Of a stretch of DNA of 15,272 bases, positions 14,081 to 15,272 are shown piece after piece (position 1 is the stretch's first letter; each line of letters begins with the position of its first letter). A program made the position numbers and the translations under genes. This stretch comes from a virus, in the UHGV virus genome UHGV-0202386; one strand, given 5' to 3'. The notes beneath the pieces are model-generated. The model ran no database searches. It was not told where the DNA came from and worked only from the letters and a program-made list of their open reading frames with translations.

Positions 14081-14370
14081 CGAGAATGAGCGAAACCGAA
14101 CTACTAAAAATAATCCGTCGCGTTACCGGAATCAGCCAGGAAGCAGGCAAACAGGAGGCCACGCAGCCGGACAGCGTGATAGCCGAAAATTACGCGCGTG
14201 TGGTGGCTGAGGTGATGCGCCGTGACGGTATCGAGCTTAACGGCGTGGATATACGCAATATACGCACCAGAGTTCTGGAGTTGTTGTCATATCGTCGCCG
14301 CGTGGAGATGTACCAGGAGAAAGAAAAAATTACTTACCACTGGAAGAAGCCGGAGCGGTTACGACGTTAA
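14077..14370 (+). CDS. Hypothetical protein (97 aa) translationally coupled to terL
   Basis: ATG 14077 overlaps the terL stop (ATGA). Alternative ATG at 14086. Unknown family. Confidence 0.5.
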   Translation: MTRMSETELLKIIRRVTGISQEAGKQEATQPDSVIAENYARVVAEVMRRDGIELNGVDIRNIRTRVLELLSYRRRVEMYQEKEKITYHWKKPERLRR

Positions 14371-14376
14371 CTTGTG

Positions 14377-14426
14377 GTGACATACCGTGACGGAGAGTGA
14401 CAACCAGTGACACACAGTGACAAAAA
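14377..14426 (+). repeat. Five GTGAC(A) motifs at exactly 10-bp spacing (one face of the helix)
   Basis: GTGAC starts at 14377, 14387, 14397, 14407, 14417 (GTGACATACC / GTGACGGAGA / GTGACAACCA / GTGACACACA / GTGACAAAAA). Begins 7 bp after the last stop codon. Confidence 0.7.
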
Positions 14427-14445
14427 GACGGTATTTAAATAGAGT

Positions 14446-14472
14446 GGGTGTTTAATACCCCCCGTTTTTTTT
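14446..14472 (+). terminator. Weak candidate terminator of the late operon (short stem then T8)
   Basis: GGGTG..TACCC stem (about 5 bp), then CCCG and TTTTTTTT at 14465-14472. A larger GGTATT/AATACC stem (14430-14435 / 14454-14459) encloses it. Stem is weak and separated from the T-run. Confidence 0.35.
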
Positions 14473-14483
14473 CGTGTGGTGCA

Positions 14484-14498
14484 TGGTCAAAATGACCA
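14484..14498. promoter_or_regulatory. Perfect 6-3-6 palindrome TGGTCA-AAA-TGACCA (operator-like)
   Basis: Read directly; typical geometry for a dimeric HTH-protein binding site. Confidence 0.45.
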
Positions 14499-14624
14499 CG
14501 GAGAAGATACGCACCGAAGCAGAACAATTACCGTAGGTTAAAGCGACAGTATTCACACCAGCAACCTGATTATCAATTTTCAGCCGTTCGGTGGCATCAC
14601 TGGCCCCATTTTCCTGATGGGGTT

Positions 14625-14676
14625 GCGGGTTATTTGGGGGGGATTTGCGGGTTATTTTGAATGTCTCGCGGGTTAC
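14625..14676 (+). repeat. Three direct copies of GCGGGTTA at 22-bp spacing
   Basis: Copies at 14625-14632, 14647-14654, 14669-14676, preceded by a CCCCAT/ATGGGG hairpin (14604-14622). Confidence 0.6.
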
Positions 14677-14752
14677 GCTTTGGCTAATATTCAAACGCAT
14701 CATTTTTTAACCCATTGATATTAAATAATAAAAAACACTTAGCAAGCGAAGA

Positions 14753-14777
14753 TAACCCGCTAACCCGCATAACCCGC
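14753..14777 (-). repeat. Three tandem copies of TAACCCGC (reverse complement of GCGGGTTA) at 8-9 bp spacing
   Basis: 14753-14760, 14761-14768, 14770-14777. Forms an inverted arrangement with the 14625-14676 array around a 76-bp AT-rich centre (14677-14752). Confidence 0.6.
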
Positions 14778-14785
14778 ACTGTTTT

Positions 14786-14799
14786 GTATATATATATAC
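14786..14799. repeat. 14-bp alternating palindrome GTATATATATATAC
   Basis: Read directly; immediately follows the TAACCCGC repeats. Confidence 0.6.
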
Positions 14800-15000
14800 G
14801 AAAAATTGCATTCAGGAGGTGGGATCGAAATCCCTACAACCCATTGCTTATGGGACTGCCCGCCCCGTCAAATTTTTACACCCGCGAAAAATACTTCAAG
14901 CTGGTGGGCATGATGCCGATATGGGGATCCCCATGTCGACATTAACGCCCCTCATGAATTGGCGTGCTTCCCCCTGGAAAGATGACCCGCCTGTATATTT

Positions 15001-15066
15001 CTTGTGTCTATTTGTTCCACGTTGTTTCATACAGTGCACCGAACGGTGTAGTTACTGGTGTAGTCA
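15001..15066 (+). repeat. Right-arm copy of the terminal repeat: 3 phased TTGT motifs, TTGTTCCACGTTGT, and tandem GGTGTAGTTA/GGTGTAGTCA
   Basis: TTGT at 15002, 15012, 15022. TTGTTCCACGTTGT 15013-15026 is identical to 214-227. GGTGTAGTTACTGGTGTAGTCAT 15045-15067 versus left GGTGTAGTCACTGGTGTAGTCAT 246-268. Confidence 0.6.
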
Positions 15067-15133
15067 TTTTGCGATTTTTAAAGTTATCTAAGATATTATT
15101 TGTCATTTAAATTCAATTGGTTATGAGTACTTG

Positions 15134-15149
15134 ATTATAAATAGCGGAT
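15134..15149. repeat. attR core: right copy of the 16-bp junction repeat (ATTATAAATAGCGGAT)
   Basis: 15 of 16 identical to 102-117. comM sequence resumes in frame from here. Confidence 0.65.
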
Positions 15150-15272
15150 ATGAATATCCGGCGAAAAAAATCACCATCAATCTGGCTCCAGCCGATCTGC
15201 CAAAAGAAGGGGGACGATATGATTTACCTATCGCCATTGCGTTGCTGGCGGCCTCAGAACAGCTTACAGCCA
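15140..15272 (+). pseudogene. comM: comM/yifB continuation (3' part, runs off the window), separated from its 5' end by the island
   Basis: In-frame translation [44 protein letters not shown] continues the ComM N-terminal domain begun at 1-116. The frame is closed upstream by TAA 15089-15091, with no ATG or RBS before the junction. Confidence 0.8.

Noticed and set aside
14452-14703. 83-aa minus-strand ORF in the repeat block
   Set aside because: No RBS, low-complexity translation (PPNNPQP..), and its frame is built from the GCGGGTTA repeats. Treated as a by-product of the repeats.
14715-15091. Two + strand ORFs (14715..14945, 14819..15091) near attR
   Set aside because: No RBS, implausible composition, and they span the arm repeats. 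The second ends at the stop that closes the comM frame. Judged non-coding.

Overview
Nearly the whole window is one integrated mobile element of about 15.0 kb inserted inside the comM (yifB) gene. The comM 5' end lies at 1-125 and its continuation starts at 15140; the junctions carry a 16-bp direct repeat with one mismatch (ATTATCAATAGCGGAT 102-117 / ATTATAAATAGCGGAT 15134-15149). Left to right, almost all on the + strand: tyrosine integrase, AlpA-type regulator, a small leftward operon with a ribbon-helix-helix protein facing a divergent operator/promoter, five small unknown ORFs, a P4-alpha-like primase/helicase followed by a TGTTCACC-iteron origin, an SSB, a ProQ/FinO-domain protein, then a complete HK97-type head and packaging module (major capsid, prohead protease, portal, gp6-like connector, HNH endonuclease, P27-family TerS, TerL). 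There are no tail, tape-measure or lysis genes. This matches a capsid-forming, tail-less phage satellite (cf-PICI-like, with a P4-type replication module). The most unusual content is non-coding: 10-bp-phased TTGTTC arrays at four sites, a perfectly phased 5x GTGAC array, an ORF-free repeat-dense block of about 750 bp before attR, and a candidate small RNA gene next to alpA. No rRNA, tRNA, CRISPR array or IS element was recognised. All homology calls come from reading the translations by eye; no database search or folding program was run.
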